Below, piece by piece: positions 1 to 9,185 of a stretch of 64,000 nt of DNA; within the stretch, counting starts at the first letter, position 1; each line of letters opens with the position of its first letter. The notes beneath the pieces were generated by a model, which ran no database searches, was not told where the DNA came from, and worked only from the letters and a program-made list of their open reading frames with translations. The DNA is from Chloroflexota bacterium (GTDB lineage Bacteria; Chloroflexota; Anaerolineae; Anaerolineales; Villigracilaceae), in the NCBI GenBank assembly GCA_029782225.1, contig JAKOVF010000005.1:12949-76948 (forward strand). The letters run 5' to 3'. Position numbers and translations under genes: made by a program.

Positions 1-110
1 AAGATATGAACTTCATCAAAAAGGTTTCCAGGGTTGTAATACCTATCAGTAATCTCTCCTTTTTGGATGAGACTAGACAGTGAATCTGGAATGATAACAA
101 GTAATTTCAT
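1..110 (-). CDS. Partial CDS (N-terminus only, MKLLVIIPDSLSSLIQKGEITDRYYNPGNLFDEVHI...) running off the window edge; function unknown
   Basis: Reverse-complement translation of bases 1-110 gives an open frame with the ATG at 108-110. It is not in the ORF track because it has no stop inside the window. Confidence 0.3.
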   Translation of the reverse strand, partial: MKLLVIIPDSLSSLIQKGEITDRYYNPGNLFDEVHI

Positions 111-117
111 ACGCGCT

Positions 118-852
118 TTAGAGTTTTTGCATTAATACGCAGATCTCAGTTGCAAATGGTTTGAGATAATAGCCCGCCCACATTCTTTGTTTGATACTCA
201 GATCAGCCAGAAAATTTCTTCCGAATAGATTGAATTGATTGAGGCCATAACCGAAATACCCGAGCGGAGTTAATTTAGATTTTTTCCCAAGCTGGTAGAT
301 CTCTCGTGCTGTGTATTCTCTGTAATGCATAATAGCCGACAAAATCGGCTGCTCACCTCGAAGTATTCTGATGATGTTTTCGATTCTCAACCGGTTGGGG
401 GTGCAAATCGCAACTACACCACCCTTCGCACAACTTCGCACACAGGACTTCAAATATTCGGCGGGGCGGTTAAAGTGTTCGAATACTGCAAAACTCACCA
501 CGAGGTCGTATGGCTCTCTGGGAGTAAAAACAAGAAAATCGTGTACGCTTCGCTGAACTTTGAGGTGAGGATATTCGGCATTGGCTTTAAGCACGCTTTG
601 CTCTGAATAATCAATAGCGTCGACACGCTTGACGAAAGGATACTGCACCATCAAAACGTCTTGATAGCCGCATCCACAGCCAACATTTAATACTGTGGCT
701 GGCTGAACCCGGCGAAACAGTTGCTGGATCTCAAATGTTCTAGAATAATCCCAGTCTGAAGATAAGTATGTTCCCCATTCCTCGGTGATCTTCTCATCGA
801 AAAATTGTCTCTGATCTTCAATATATTCTGGATATCGATCTTGAACTGGCAT
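118..852 (-). CDS. Class I SAM-dependent methyltransferase
   Basis: Motif I VLNVGCGCGY is followed by an acidic residue. Its length and local context fit a glycan-modifying methyltransferase. Confidence 0.75.
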   Translation of the reverse strand: MPVQDRYPEYIEDQRQFFDEKITEEWGTYLSSDWDYSRTFEIQQLFRRVQPATVLNVGCGCGYQDVLMVQYPFVKRVDAIDYSEQSVLKANAEYPHLKVQRSVHDFLVFTPREPYDLVVSFAVFEHFNRPAEYLKSCVRSCAKGGVVAICTPNRLRIENIIRILRGEQPILSAIMHYREYTAREIYQLGKKSKLTPLGYFGYGLNQFNLFGRNFLADLSIKQRMWAGYYLKPFATEICVLMQKL

Positions 853-924
853 TTACTCAACTCCTCTTAAATGTGAAACCAACAATATTGACTGAAACCA
901 CCCGGTATTCCCGACCCGGAAGAA

Positions 925-1854
925 TTAGATGGGATAGCCCCAACAAGCCAGATCCCGGTCAAGCCATACCGAAGTTCTATAGTTGCTGACAGCATAAAAA
1001 GATCGGATGAATGCTTCATCAGCTTCACTCAATATCGGTGGACGCTTACGAATTGAGGACAGTTTCCTGAATGTCAAGCCGAGTTTTCGAAGTAGTCCTC
1101 GAAGGGCAGACTGTTCTTCAGGCACCAAACTGTAAGAAGTGGAAAGCGCCTTGTTTTGGTCTGCCTCTGATAGGTCCATGGGAAAGAAGGGTACTTCTAA
1201 AAACCTACATAACCCGTGTAAAACGTTTTCCTCATCACTGGCAATCTCCTCTAGGATCATTACATGGATATTTTCTTTGCCAAAACAGGCTGCATATGAT
1301 TCAAGCAGCCGGTCATAGGCAGCAGCATAGGCTGCCGCCTTTCCCTCGAGCGTGCTCAGAAAATCGACGAAAAAACAGCGCCCAGCCGGGAAGTGTGGAA
1401 GATAATGCAGATACATAGAACGAAACCAATCAAATTGGTTCCTCAAAACAATGAGAATCCGGGCATCAGGTAAAGCATGTTTAATCCTGCGCGCTAGTTC
1501 AGCATGGTCAGGCGAAATCACCGTTCCATCCATACGGCCATTCAATTTAACTGCCCAGTGAGCAGACCATTCTGGATTGATAGAAGTAGAATAATCTTTC
1601 TGAGGTGTCTCCTTAAGAACATATCCCAAGGAAAGGCTCTCATACATGTCAATAAAACATGAGGCTGATTGTTCGTTCTCAAAAAATTTTAGATATCTCT
1701 GTTTTCGAATCTCATCGTCCGATTCGAGTTGAAAAAACCAGGCTCTACGGGTCCAATGAATACTTGGATGCTGAGTGAAATAGCTTCGTAGATAGGTTGA
1801 GCCTGACCTCATATAGCCAACGTAAACGATATTTGGTTTGGTATGGTTATCCAT
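925..1854 (-). CDS. Sulfotransferase family protein
   Basis: A 5'-PSB-like YMRSGSTYL motif near the N-terminus and a 3'-PB-like RNQFDWFRSMY motif are typical of PAPS-dependent sulfotransferases. Confidence 0.65.
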   Translation of the reverse strand: MDNHTKPNIVYVGYMRSGSTYLRSYFTQHPSIHWTRRAWFFQLESDDEIRKQRYLKFFENEQSASCFIDMYESLSLGYVLKETPQKDYSTSINPEWSAHWAVKLNGRMDGTVISPDHAELARRIKHALPDARILIVLRNQFDWFRSMYLHYLPHFPAGRCFFVDFLSTLEGKAAAYAAAYDRLLESYAACFGKENIHVMILEEIASDEENVLHGLCRFLEVPFFPMDLSEADQNKALSTSYSLVPEEQSALRGLLRKLGLTFRKLSSIRKRPPILSEADEAFIRSFYAVSNYRTSVWLDRDLACWGYPI

Positions 1855-1937
1855 AGGTATCCTCTTCGCCTGCCATGCACATTACTTAAATTAACCAAAT
1901 CAGAAGGTAAATCCAGCCACTTATTGATCTGGTCCTG

Positions 1938-2753
1938 CTACAACTTCTCGCAAACAAGAATATGCCGAAAGGCAAACAACTTCAATAACGGCAAATTACT
2001 GATCCACTCATCCAGCAGTTTACCCTTAACTCGCCGGGATAATAATTGTGTCCAGACCGGCAGCAAGAACAGCTTGAGCCATTTGGGACGATCGCCTCCC
2101 CATAATGGGAGTATCTGAAAGGTGCGGTGCTCCACGATTTTCATCCCTGCTTGATGGATCATCCTTTTCATGGCCGGCACGGAAACCGCATAATTTTGGG
2201 CCCATCCCAGTTCTTTATGGTAAGCATTGACTACGATCACATTTAACGAATACAGGTTACCCAGGTCAAGAATACATTTGCCAGTGGGTCTTAAAACCCG
2301 TGCTATTTCGCTGATCACCATGCCAACATTGGGGATTACATACAGTGAGGAAAAGGAATAAGCAAGATCGAAGGAGTTTGACCGAAATGGCATTCTGCAG
2401 GCATCGCTGCAGGCATAGCGCGTGTTTTGCAAATCTTTTGTAATTTTGTCCTTGTTGGCTTTTTGGAGATAAGGCAGGCTAAAATCCACTCCGGTGCATG
2501 TCTGCATTCTGCCGGCAAATCCCATGAGGTGCTGGCCTGTTGCGCAGCACACATCCAGGACATTTGAATGGTCGGCATAAAAGTGAACTAAATCCAAGCG
2601 GATCTTCAACAAGATATCGCTATAGGTCTCTGGAACCGGGGGCGGCAGATGGTTAATGGTGTCGACCGTATAAATTCCTTCTTTTGTGAAAAGGTCCCGC
2701 TGGTCTGACGCTTGTTGAATATCTGTGGTTTTATCTACAGGTTCAAGCTTCAT
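1938..2753 (-). CDS. Class I SAM-dependent methyltransferase
   Basis: Motif I VLDVCCATGQHLMGFA. The reading frame overlaps the downstream gene by 11 bp, consistent with an operon. Confidence 0.7.
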   Translation of the reverse strand: MKLEPVDKTTDIQQASDQRDLFTKEGIYTVDTINHLPPPVPETYSDILLKIRLDLVHFYADHSNVLDVCCATGQHLMGFAGRMQTCTGVDFSLPYLQKANKDKITKDLQNTRYACSDACRMPFRSNSFDLAYSFSSLYVIPNVGMVISEIARVLRPTGKCILDLGNLYSLNVIVVNAYHKELGWAQNYAVSVPAMKRMIHQAGMKIVEHRTFQILPLWGGDRPKWLKLFLLPVWTQLLSRRVKGKLLDEWISNLPLLKLFAFRHILVCEKL

Positions 2754-3918
2754 TGCTTTTCTTTCCCAGTAAACCAGTCAATCCCAGCAGAAGCTTTCTC
2801 ATGAGGCTGATCATCTTCCTGCCCAAGATCACCGTCGACAGGTCACGACTCGCGTTTAGCCAATTTCTGATTATTGTTTTCTTGTCCGGCATCAATTTCG
2901 CCTCCACCGGAGTCAAAACTGCCGGCGATTCAGGTTCCGGCTGCGGCATAATCAGTTCGCCTCTAAACAACCGGTGCAATTCTCCGCCAAACTTGCCTTT
3001 GAAATCGGTCAGTCCTTTATCTTTCCCTTCGGCTGCGTTGGGGAAAGCCTCGCCGGTTTCATACCATGCACACCCATCCGCTTTTGCAGCCAGGACTGCT
3101 TCCCAAAAGAGGAGGTAGTTAACACCCGATTTCAGATGTGCTGTTTCTGAGCAACCCGTGTGATAGAGCTCCGATGAAGAAAAACGCGCATCATTGTGAA
3201 ATGCAACGGGGGATCCGTCCGGAGAAAAACCTACCCAAAGGATATGATGTGAGTCTGGTTGCGCGGCGATGCCTTCGAAATACGATTTAGGGTGCGACTG
3301 GACACCGGTGCGTTGATAGGTTTCAATGTGAACGCGATAATACTCATCGACCATTTCCCTCCAGGAACATCTGCGGGCTGAATATCCGGCGGAGCGTGCC
3401 TGTTTAATTTTTTGCCTTGCATCCTTTGCCATTCCGAACCACAGATCCTCTTCGCTCTGTAGAAGATCAATGATCCGTGTATGCGTTGAAACGTCCGTAA
3501 AACCGACTTCAACGAGGGGATTCACACCCCAGCCGTTCTTCAATGAAGATTGACAAATTGGACTAATAACAACTGTTATTCGCTCTGCACAAAACTGCGC
3601 GGCTATATCCCTGGCGCGTGCCCAACATGCCTCCCATAAGCGCTGGCGAACCGCCCTTGAAGCACCAGCTGCGATCACCGGGCCGCCATGGCCCCAGCCG
3701 CTCGAAGATAATCTTTTTCCGGCTGAAATCCAATGAAGCGGCATGATAGCAACCAGTTTGCCGTTCTCACGGACGGCAAAACTGAGCTGCTGCATATTCC
3801 AAACGAGGGTGACCATCTCAAGCCATTCAGCCAGGCTGAATACCCATCCATCCTCTGAATGGTAGACAATCTCATCCCATTCCCGTGCTTTTATTTGATT
3901 AAATCCAATAAATTCCAT
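2743..3918 (-). CDS. FemAB-like / Acetyltransf_6 (BioF2-like GNAT) family protein. The real start is probably the internal MEFIGF codon at 3918.
   Basis: The ~370-aa overall layout resembles FemAB/GNAT-like acyltransferases common in polysaccharide loci. The internal ATG leaves an 8-bp gap to the upstream asnB-like stop. Confidence 0.45.
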   Translation of the reverse strand: MEFIGFNQIKAREWDEIVYHSEDGWVFSLAEWLEMVTLVWNMQQLSFAVRENGKLVAIMPLHWISAGKRLSSSGWGHGGPVIAAGASRAVRQRLWEACWARARDIAAQFCAERITVVISPICQSSLKNGWGVNPLVEVGFTDVSTHTRIIDLLQSEEDLWFGMAKDARQKIKQARSAGYSARRCSWREMVDEYYRVHIETYQRTGVQSHPKSYFEGIAAQPDSHHILWVGFSPDGSPVAFHNDARFSSSELYHTGCSETAHLKSGVNYLLFWEAVLAAKADGCAWYETGEAFPNAAEGKDKGLTDFKGKFGGELHRLFRGELIMPQPEPESPAVLTPVEAKLMPDKKTIIRNWLNASRDLSTVILGRKMISLMRKLLLGLTGLLGKKSNEA

Positions 3919-3926
3919 GGACGTTA

Positions 3927-5816
3927 TTATCCGCTCTTTATCATTGTCTCTGCTGGAGATGTGTGGCTTAACCACATACCAAGCATAAACCCCAACATCA
4001 TATCCCCAGCTGACGCTCGAAGCTTGACTCCAGCACATAGATCTGCAATAAACTGCTTCCAAGCTGAGCGATAGGACTCTGAATCTATGCCGGCCTGATC
4101 CAAAGCATCATAGGCACGAACAAATGCAGTCCGATAATTTGGATCGTCAACGATATTGTTTTGCCAGCGAAGATTAAAACCCATTCCTTTCTTGCGAGCC
4201 CAGGCAATTTCCTTTCCGACCAGTTTTTCGTAGAAAAGTTTTGGTAGATACTTATTTGTTTTGGGCGAGAAAGGATCTGCCACCTTGTATTGGTGAGGCA
4301 GCCTGGCCGCGAACTCGATCAGACGGTAGTCAAGGTACGGACTGCGGACTTCCACCTGCGCAGCAAGCCCGGAGATATCAGGCAAACGGTAATTGCTGTC
4401 ACTCGTGGAACAAAGCAAGTTCAGATACATCAACCGATCCAGAAAATTATCCACCCCCGCCTCGGTAATATCCTTCATGATCCTGTCAACCATTGAGAGC
4501 ACCGCATTCCCAGTGGGTGTAGCTAATTCCCCGGGAGAGAGACGCGCGCTGAGATTGGAATAAACATAATTTCCCCACATTCCTGCGAGCGAATCTGCCT
4601 GTTTTTTTATTCCAAAATGGCGATGAAGAAACGGCAGACGTTGAAATCGTTCCAAGTCATCCTTGCGGGCTACCTCGTCCCCGATATAACCAGTAAAAAT
4701 TTCATCCGATCCATTGCCGCTTAAAACCACCTTTGCGAGTGGACGTATGGTCTCATAAAGCCGGTGTGAATAGACCAGCGGAAGCTGTACAGACGGCTGG
4801 TCATAAAATGAATAAGTACGCGGCAGGCCGCTGAGCAAGTCCTCATGGTAGTTAAATTGAATATATCGCCAGGTCAAACCCAGCTCACGCGCGACGCGTT
4901 CCGCAATCATTGTCTCAGGGCTGGGATCGTCATCCGTGTGATAGTCGATTGTGTAACAATCCAGAGAGACATTCAATCGTCGAGCACAGAGCGCAGCAAT
5001 TGTCCCGGAATCAACGCCGCCCGAAAAGGTGAGAGCAAGCGGCACGTCGGAACGCAGACGAATGGCAATGGCATCCGTCAACAGAGTTTCGTATTCTTCA
5101 AGCAACTGAGAAAGCGAGCGGCGGCTTTTCCTGCGGAGGTCCATCTGCCAGTAGCGGCCCACTTGCGGGACCGGATTCTCGGGACTGACCCAGGCAAAGA
5201 AAGCCGGTGGAAGCGCCCTCGCTTGCTCATACACGGTCAGCTCGAGAGGAAAGCCTGCGACCAGACGGTACAATTCGATCGCACCGATAGACAGTTTGCC
5301 GGTCCAACCCGGAATAGAGCGAAAGGCATCGAGCGTAGAGGCAAAATAAAAGTCACCGCCAATTTCGCACCAAACCAGCGGCTTCTTGCCAAGCCGGTCG
5401 CGCGCCAGAAACAGTCGCTTTTTCTGCGTATCCCAGATTGCAAAGGCAAACATGCCATTTAGATCCTCGCAGACATGTTCCCCTTTCAACTTGAACCCTT
5501 CCAGAATTGCCTCGGTATCGCTCTGAGTCTCGAACCGGGCACCCATCCGCTCGTAGGCGGTGCGTAATTCTTTGTAGTTATAGATTTCGCCGTTGTAGAT
5601 GATCACATATCGCTTGCTAACATCCCACATCGGCTGGTGACCGGTTGTCAGGTCAATAATGCTCAAGCGGGAATGGAAAAAATGAAGGTTTTTCTCATCG
5701 CTCCATTCATCCTGTTCATCGCGCCCGCGATAAAGGATGCTGGATCTCATGTACCGGGTTGTTGTCTCCGGGATTCGTCCAATATCAGTTGAGATGATGC
5801 CGGCAATTCCGCACAT
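3927..5816 (-). CDS. Asparagine synthase (glutamine-hydrolysing) family amidotransferase. In a glycan locus this is probably a uronic-acid amidating enzyme.
   Basis: An MCGIAGI N-terminal Ntn Cys2 nucleophile fixes the start at 5816. An SGGVDSG PP-loop ATP pyrophosphatase motif lies in the C-terminal half. Confidence 0.85.
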   Translation of the reverse strand: MCGIAGIISTDIGRIPETTTRYMRSSILYRGRDEQDEWSDEKNLHFFHSRLSIIDLTTGHQPMWDVSKRYVIIYNGEIYNYKELRTAYERMGARFETQSDTEAILEGFKLKGEHVCEDLNGMFAFAIWDTQKKRLFLARDRLGKKPLVWCEIGGDFYFASTLDAFRSIPGWTGKLSIGAIELYRLVAGFPLELTVYEQARALPPAFFAWVSPENPVPQVGRYWQMDLRRKSRRSLSQLLEEYETLLTDAIAIRLRSDVPLALTFSGGVDSGTIAALCARRLNVSLDCYTIDYHTDDDPSPETMIAERVARELGLTWRYIQFNYHEDLLSGLPRTYSFYDQPSVQLPLVYSHRLYETIRPLAKVVLSGNGSDEIFTGYIGDEVARKDDLERFQRLPFLHRHFGIKKQADSLAGMWGNYVYSNLSARLSPGELATPTGNAVLSMVDRIMKDITEAGVDNFLDRLMYLNLLCSTSDSNYRLPDISGLAAQVEVRSPYLDYRLIEFAARLPHQYKVADPFSPKTNKYLPKLFYEKLVGKEIAWARKKGMGFNLRWQNNIVDDPNYRTAFVRAYDALDQAGIDSESYRSAWKQFIADLCAGVKLRASAGDMMLGFMLGMWLSHTSPAETMIKSG

Positions 5817-5827
5817 AAGGGCACCTC

Positions 5828-6715
5828 TTAAGCCTTGTTGGCGTCCTCGACCCAAAACCCATCCGGATATCCATACCAGGCCGGGATTCTGCCTTGCATC
5901 GTATCGCGCAAAAAGCGAACATCCGCTTCGGATAAATACTCGTGATACCCACCAACCTGGCCTTTGCGCACATGAAATGCTTCCTGCGTGCTCGCCGTGT
6001 CTCCCGTCGCAAAAATCGGCAACCCGGAGCTGGAGTAGACAAGGGTCCGGGTATGTCGATTATCCATTTCCAGCTTCCGCATATTCTTGAAATCACTGAA
6101 AGCAACGGCTTGACCTATGTAATCCTCACGGATCGGAATCTGAAAAAACTCCAGGAGGCGACAAAACTCTTCGGCGGGTTTAAATCGTAAATCCTCGTAA
6201 CGCATCAGCATTAGCTTTGGGATAGAGAGTCGTCCAGCCTCCCAGAGCTGAAGGAAGGCTACTGCTTTTTCAACGCCCTGAACCGGATTGCGAATGTATT
6301 CAGAAATGTCGCCCTGATAAGGCGGGGTTGCCTGTGTCTTTGCCTGCCAGAATAGAGAAACCAAAACGTCCGGGATATTGCGAACCAGAAGCATGACGTT
6401 CGTATGACGCCAACACGAAACGGTATTCTCCATCGTCAGGTCGGCAGCTGTTTGATAAGTCCATTCCAAATTCCCATGCGTGAACTGAATCAATGGTACG
6501 CGAGGATCGATGTATTCGAACTGGTCAAACAGCGGTAACGGTAATTTCTCATCCCGCCCTGTGAACAATTGGACATACTTGCCCAACATCACACGCAGCC
6601 AGGTTGTGCCAGATTTAGGATAGCCAACCACATAATATTCCTGCAACGCCGGGTGTATATCCTCTCGGGTCTTCCGGCCAAACCACTTTTGGAACTTGGT
6701 CAATACTCTTTTCAT
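5828..6715 (-). CDS. Sulfotransferase domain protein
   Basis: Canonical 5'-PSB motif YPKSGTTWL and 3'-PB-like LLVRNIPDVLVSLFW. The start was chosen at MKRVLTK (6715) to avoid a 62-bp overlap with wzt; this start is uncertain. Confidence 0.75.
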   Translation of the reverse strand: MKRVLTKFQKWFGRKTREDIHPALQEYYVVGYPKSGTTWLRVMLGKYVQLFTGRDEKLPLPLFDQFEYIDPRVPLIQFTHGNLEWTYQTAADLTMENTVSCWRHTNVMLLVRNIPDVLVSLFWQAKTQATPPYQGDISEYIRNPVQGVEKAVAFLQLWEAGRLSIPKLMLMRYEDLRFKPAEEFCRLLEFFQIPIREDYIGQAVAFSDFKNMRKLEMDNRHTRTLVYSSSGLPIFATGDTASTQEAFHVRKGQVGGYHEYLSEADVRFLRDTMQGRIPAWYGYPDGFWVEDANKA

Positions 6716-6737
6716 GCTACTGTTACTCCAAGACGGA

Positions 6738-8054
6738 TCAAGGGCTGAAAACTTGCCACTCCGAACGTTGTGCAAAAGATGTCTCAGACTGTGAAACATT
6801 GCTGCCGTTTAGATAATCGTCAATATCTACATTGATATGAATCGTGTCGCTGATACTATCCAGCCAGCGCTTATCATCTTTGCTTACAACCTGACCGATC
6901 GTGACCATAAGAATATAACTTCCACCCACCAGCAGCAATTCTGGAATCACGCATTCAAGGTAGCCATCTCCTGAAAGCTTTAATTCCGAGCGCGAGTGGT
7001 GTACCCCAACCGTCATGACCTGCAGGCCCGTATAGTTCAGGAAGTTCACGTTGCAAAAAGCAGAAAGATCCTCGTTCAGATGAAATCCAATCCGGATTCG
7101 CAATCCTCTCCCTGTCTTGAACTCAACCGATTCAGTCCCGTCCATATTGTGAGTGGAAATCCAGGTGAGGATCGGTTTGCTTCCGTCCCAGCGCTTGACG
7201 TTCTCCCGCAGGTCAAGATAACTGATGCGAGGACGTCCACCTTCGGCTCGAAGGCGTTCTTCATCAATCTGGTGAATATCCTTCAGGTACCTTTCGGTGG
7301 TGGCATGAGCACTTCCCCAATAAAGGATCCTGCCTCCATCTAAATATAATCCCCGGTCACATAAACGTGCTATGGAAGTAAGCGAATGGCTCACAAACAA
7401 TACTGTTTTCCCGCTTCTGGCAGCGCCCTCCATTTTATCAAGACTCCTTTTTTGGAAAGTCGCATCTCCAACAGCCAGCACTTCATCCAGAATCAGGATC
7501 TCCGGGTCAAAATGGGCGGCCACTGCAAAAGCCAGACGGACGTACATTCCGCTTGAGTAATGTTTGACCGGGGTATCAATGAATTTCTCAACCCCTGAGA
7601 AATCCACGATCTCATCAAACACCCGATCTATTTCGGCGCGTTTCATGCCAAGAATAGCCCCATTCAAGTAAACATTCTCTCGCCCGGTCAACTCCGGATG
7701 AAAACCTGTGCCAACCTCAAGCAGGCTACCCACCCGGCCATAGAGGTCAACTCGTCCACAAGTCGGGGCTGTCACCCTGCTCAAGATCTTAAGCAGGGTG
7801 CTCTTTCCTGAACCATTACGTCCGATGATGCCCAGCACCTCCCCGCGTTTTAGTTCAAAGGAAACATCCTTTAGCGCCCATAGCTCATCTAGTTGATCAG
7901 CGCCGATACGCGCCAGCCGGGGATCAAAAATCCGGCGCACCGCACGCGCAAAGGAGGTGGTTGCTGATTGAATCAGCGTATCAGGCCTCTGCTTGGCCGC
8001 GCCAATGTAATATAGCTTGCTCAGATTTTCCACACGCACCATAACATCATTCAT
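6738..8054 (-). CDS. wzt: Polysaccharide ABC exporter ATP-binding protein, Wzt/TagH-like, with a ~180-aa C-terminal extension
   Basis: Walker A GIIGRNGSGKSTLLK, an ABC signature and a Walker B ILILDE. The NBD is followed by an extra beta-rich C-terminal domain, as in Wzt proteins that bind capped glycan termini. Confidence 0.85.
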   Translation of the reverse strand: MNDVMVRVENLSKLYYIGAAKQRPDTLIQSATTSFARAVRRIFDPRLARIGADQLDELWALKDVSFELKRGEVLGIIGRNGSGKSTLLKILSRVTAPTCGRVDLYGRVGSLLEVGTGFHPELTGRENVYLNGAILGMKRAEIDRVFDEIVDFSGVEKFIDTPVKHYSSGMYVRLAFAVAAHFDPEILILDEVLAVGDATFQKRSLDKMEGAARSGKTVLFVSHSLTSIARLCDRGLYLDGGRILYWGSAHATTERYLKDIHQIDEERLRAEGGRPRISYLDLRENVKRWDGSKPILTWISTHNMDGTESVEFKTGRGLRIRIGFHLNEDLSAFCNVNFLNYTGLQVMTVGVHHSRSELKLSGDGYLECVIPELLLVGGSYILMVTIGQVVSKDDKRWLDSISDTIHINVDIDDYLNGSNVSQSETSFAQRSEWQVFSP

Positions 8055-8056
8055 AT

Positions 8057-8911
8057 TTACACCAGATCAATGAAGGTTTTTTCAACGCGATGGAAATAAA
8101 GCAAGCCTGTTATCAGCAGGCCCAGCACTAGAAGAAGAGAGATACCCATCAGCGGATAAGGCGGAAGCGGCGATCCAAGCAGCGCCCAGCGAAACCCTTG
8201 TACTACGACTGCCATTGGATTAAGCCAGTAAAGTGTGCTCACAATTCCCTGGGGCAACAGCGTAGGTGAATATGCGACAGGGGAAGCATACATCCACATC
8301 GTGGTCAACAAGGAGATTGCCTGTGCGATATCCCGGTATTGAACTGTGAGCGCGGATAGCCATACCCCGGCTGCCAAAGCTGTTAGCAGGGCAAGGAAGA
8401 TAAAAATCGGCAGGGCCACTGCCGACCAACCCGGGAAAATACCGAAACCAAATAGAATGAGAACAAGGAGAGTAAATGCGATGGCAAAGTCCACGAGGGA
8501 AATAACAAGAGCAGAGATGGTCCCAATCAATCTTGGAAAATAGACTTTTGCCGAGAGAGCCGAACCTCCCAGCAGGCTGCTGCTTGCTCCTGTCAGCGCC
8601 CGGGAGAATAATCCCCATGCAGTCAGCCCCGTCAAAGAAAAAACGGCATAAGGTATTCCCTCCGAAGGCAGCTTTGCCAGCCCACCAAAAATGAGAGTAA
8701 AGACCAACATATTGAAGATCGGAGGGATAACCGCCCAGCCCACGCCGATCGCGGTCTGTTTATACCGAACTTTGAGATCGCGCCAGACAAAGTAATAAAG
8801 CAACTCACGATATTCCCGCAGCTCCCGGAAATCGGGGAATGGCAATCCCTGAACTGGTTGAATGACGAACATCGGCTCGGAGGCCTGAGACTGGTAATCC
8901 TTTTGAATCAT
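8057..8911 (-). CDS. wzm: ABC-2 type polysaccharide exporter permease (Wzm-like)
   Basis: Six predicted TM helices and an ABC-2 permease topology. Its stop lies 3 bp from the wzt start. The start was chosen at MIQKDY (8911), which is preceded by AAGGAAAA. Confidence 0.8.
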   Translation of the reverse strand: MIQKDYQSQASEPMFVIQPVQGLPFPDFRELREYRELLYYFVWRDLKVRYKQTAIGVGWAVIPPIFNMLVFTLIFGGLAKLPSEGIPYAVFSLTGLTAWGLFSRALTGASSSLLGGSALSAKVYFPRLIGTISALVISLVDFAIAFTLLVLILFGFGIFPGWSAVALPIFIFLALLTALAAGVWLSALTVQYRDIAQAISLLTTMWMYASPVAYSPTLLPQGIVSTLYWLNPMAVVVQGFRWALLGSPLPPYPLMGISLLLVLGLLITGLLYFHRVEKTFIDLV

Positions 8912-8956
8912 GTTTTCCTTTGGAGAGGAATGAAGCAGAAGAGCAACGAGCATTCA

Positions 8957-8998
8957 GTTTTTGAATTCTCACATGAAAGGCAATCACTGTCAAGGGAT
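8957..8998 (-). promoter_or_regulatory. Conserved promoter/operator element, copy 1. Read on the minus strand it is ATCCCTTGACAG-N-TTCATGTGAGAATTCAAAAACTGAATG: TTGACA, a 17-bp spacer, then TGTGAGAAT.
   Basis: It aligns nearly base-for-base with 16047-16088. The -35 TTGACA and the extended -10-like TGTGAGAAT are 17 bp apart. It sits 46 bp upstream of the wzm start. Confidence 0.55.
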
Positions 8999-9185
8999 TA
9001 GGGTCCATCGAGTCCAAGGATTTCACTTATAATGTCAGTTGAGATCTTATAGTACTTTTGTCAAGTTGCCTGACAGTTCTGTGAGGCGGGTACAGCCACA
9101 ATGAATTTAGAATGCTAATAGATGTGGTTTTATCCATATAATAAATTCAGGGAATTTGTACTACCTCACCGTTTTGGAGGAACCA

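Noticed and set aside
4845-5462. Long opposite-strand ORFs inside confident genes (4845..5462 + within asnB; 35492..36406 + within the epimerase; 36771..37817 + within ugd; 19034..19705 - within a membrane protein; 28383..28703 etc.)
   Set aside because: These are shadow ORFs typical of high-GC DNA. They have no motifs or RBS support and overlap genes with strong homology-based support.
6738-6799. The 62-bp overlap between the wzt C-terminus and the long form of the sulfotransferase ORF as a programmed overlap
   Set aside because: It is more simply explained by an internal start (MKRVLTK at 6715) for the sulfotransferase. The longer form has no RBS evidence.
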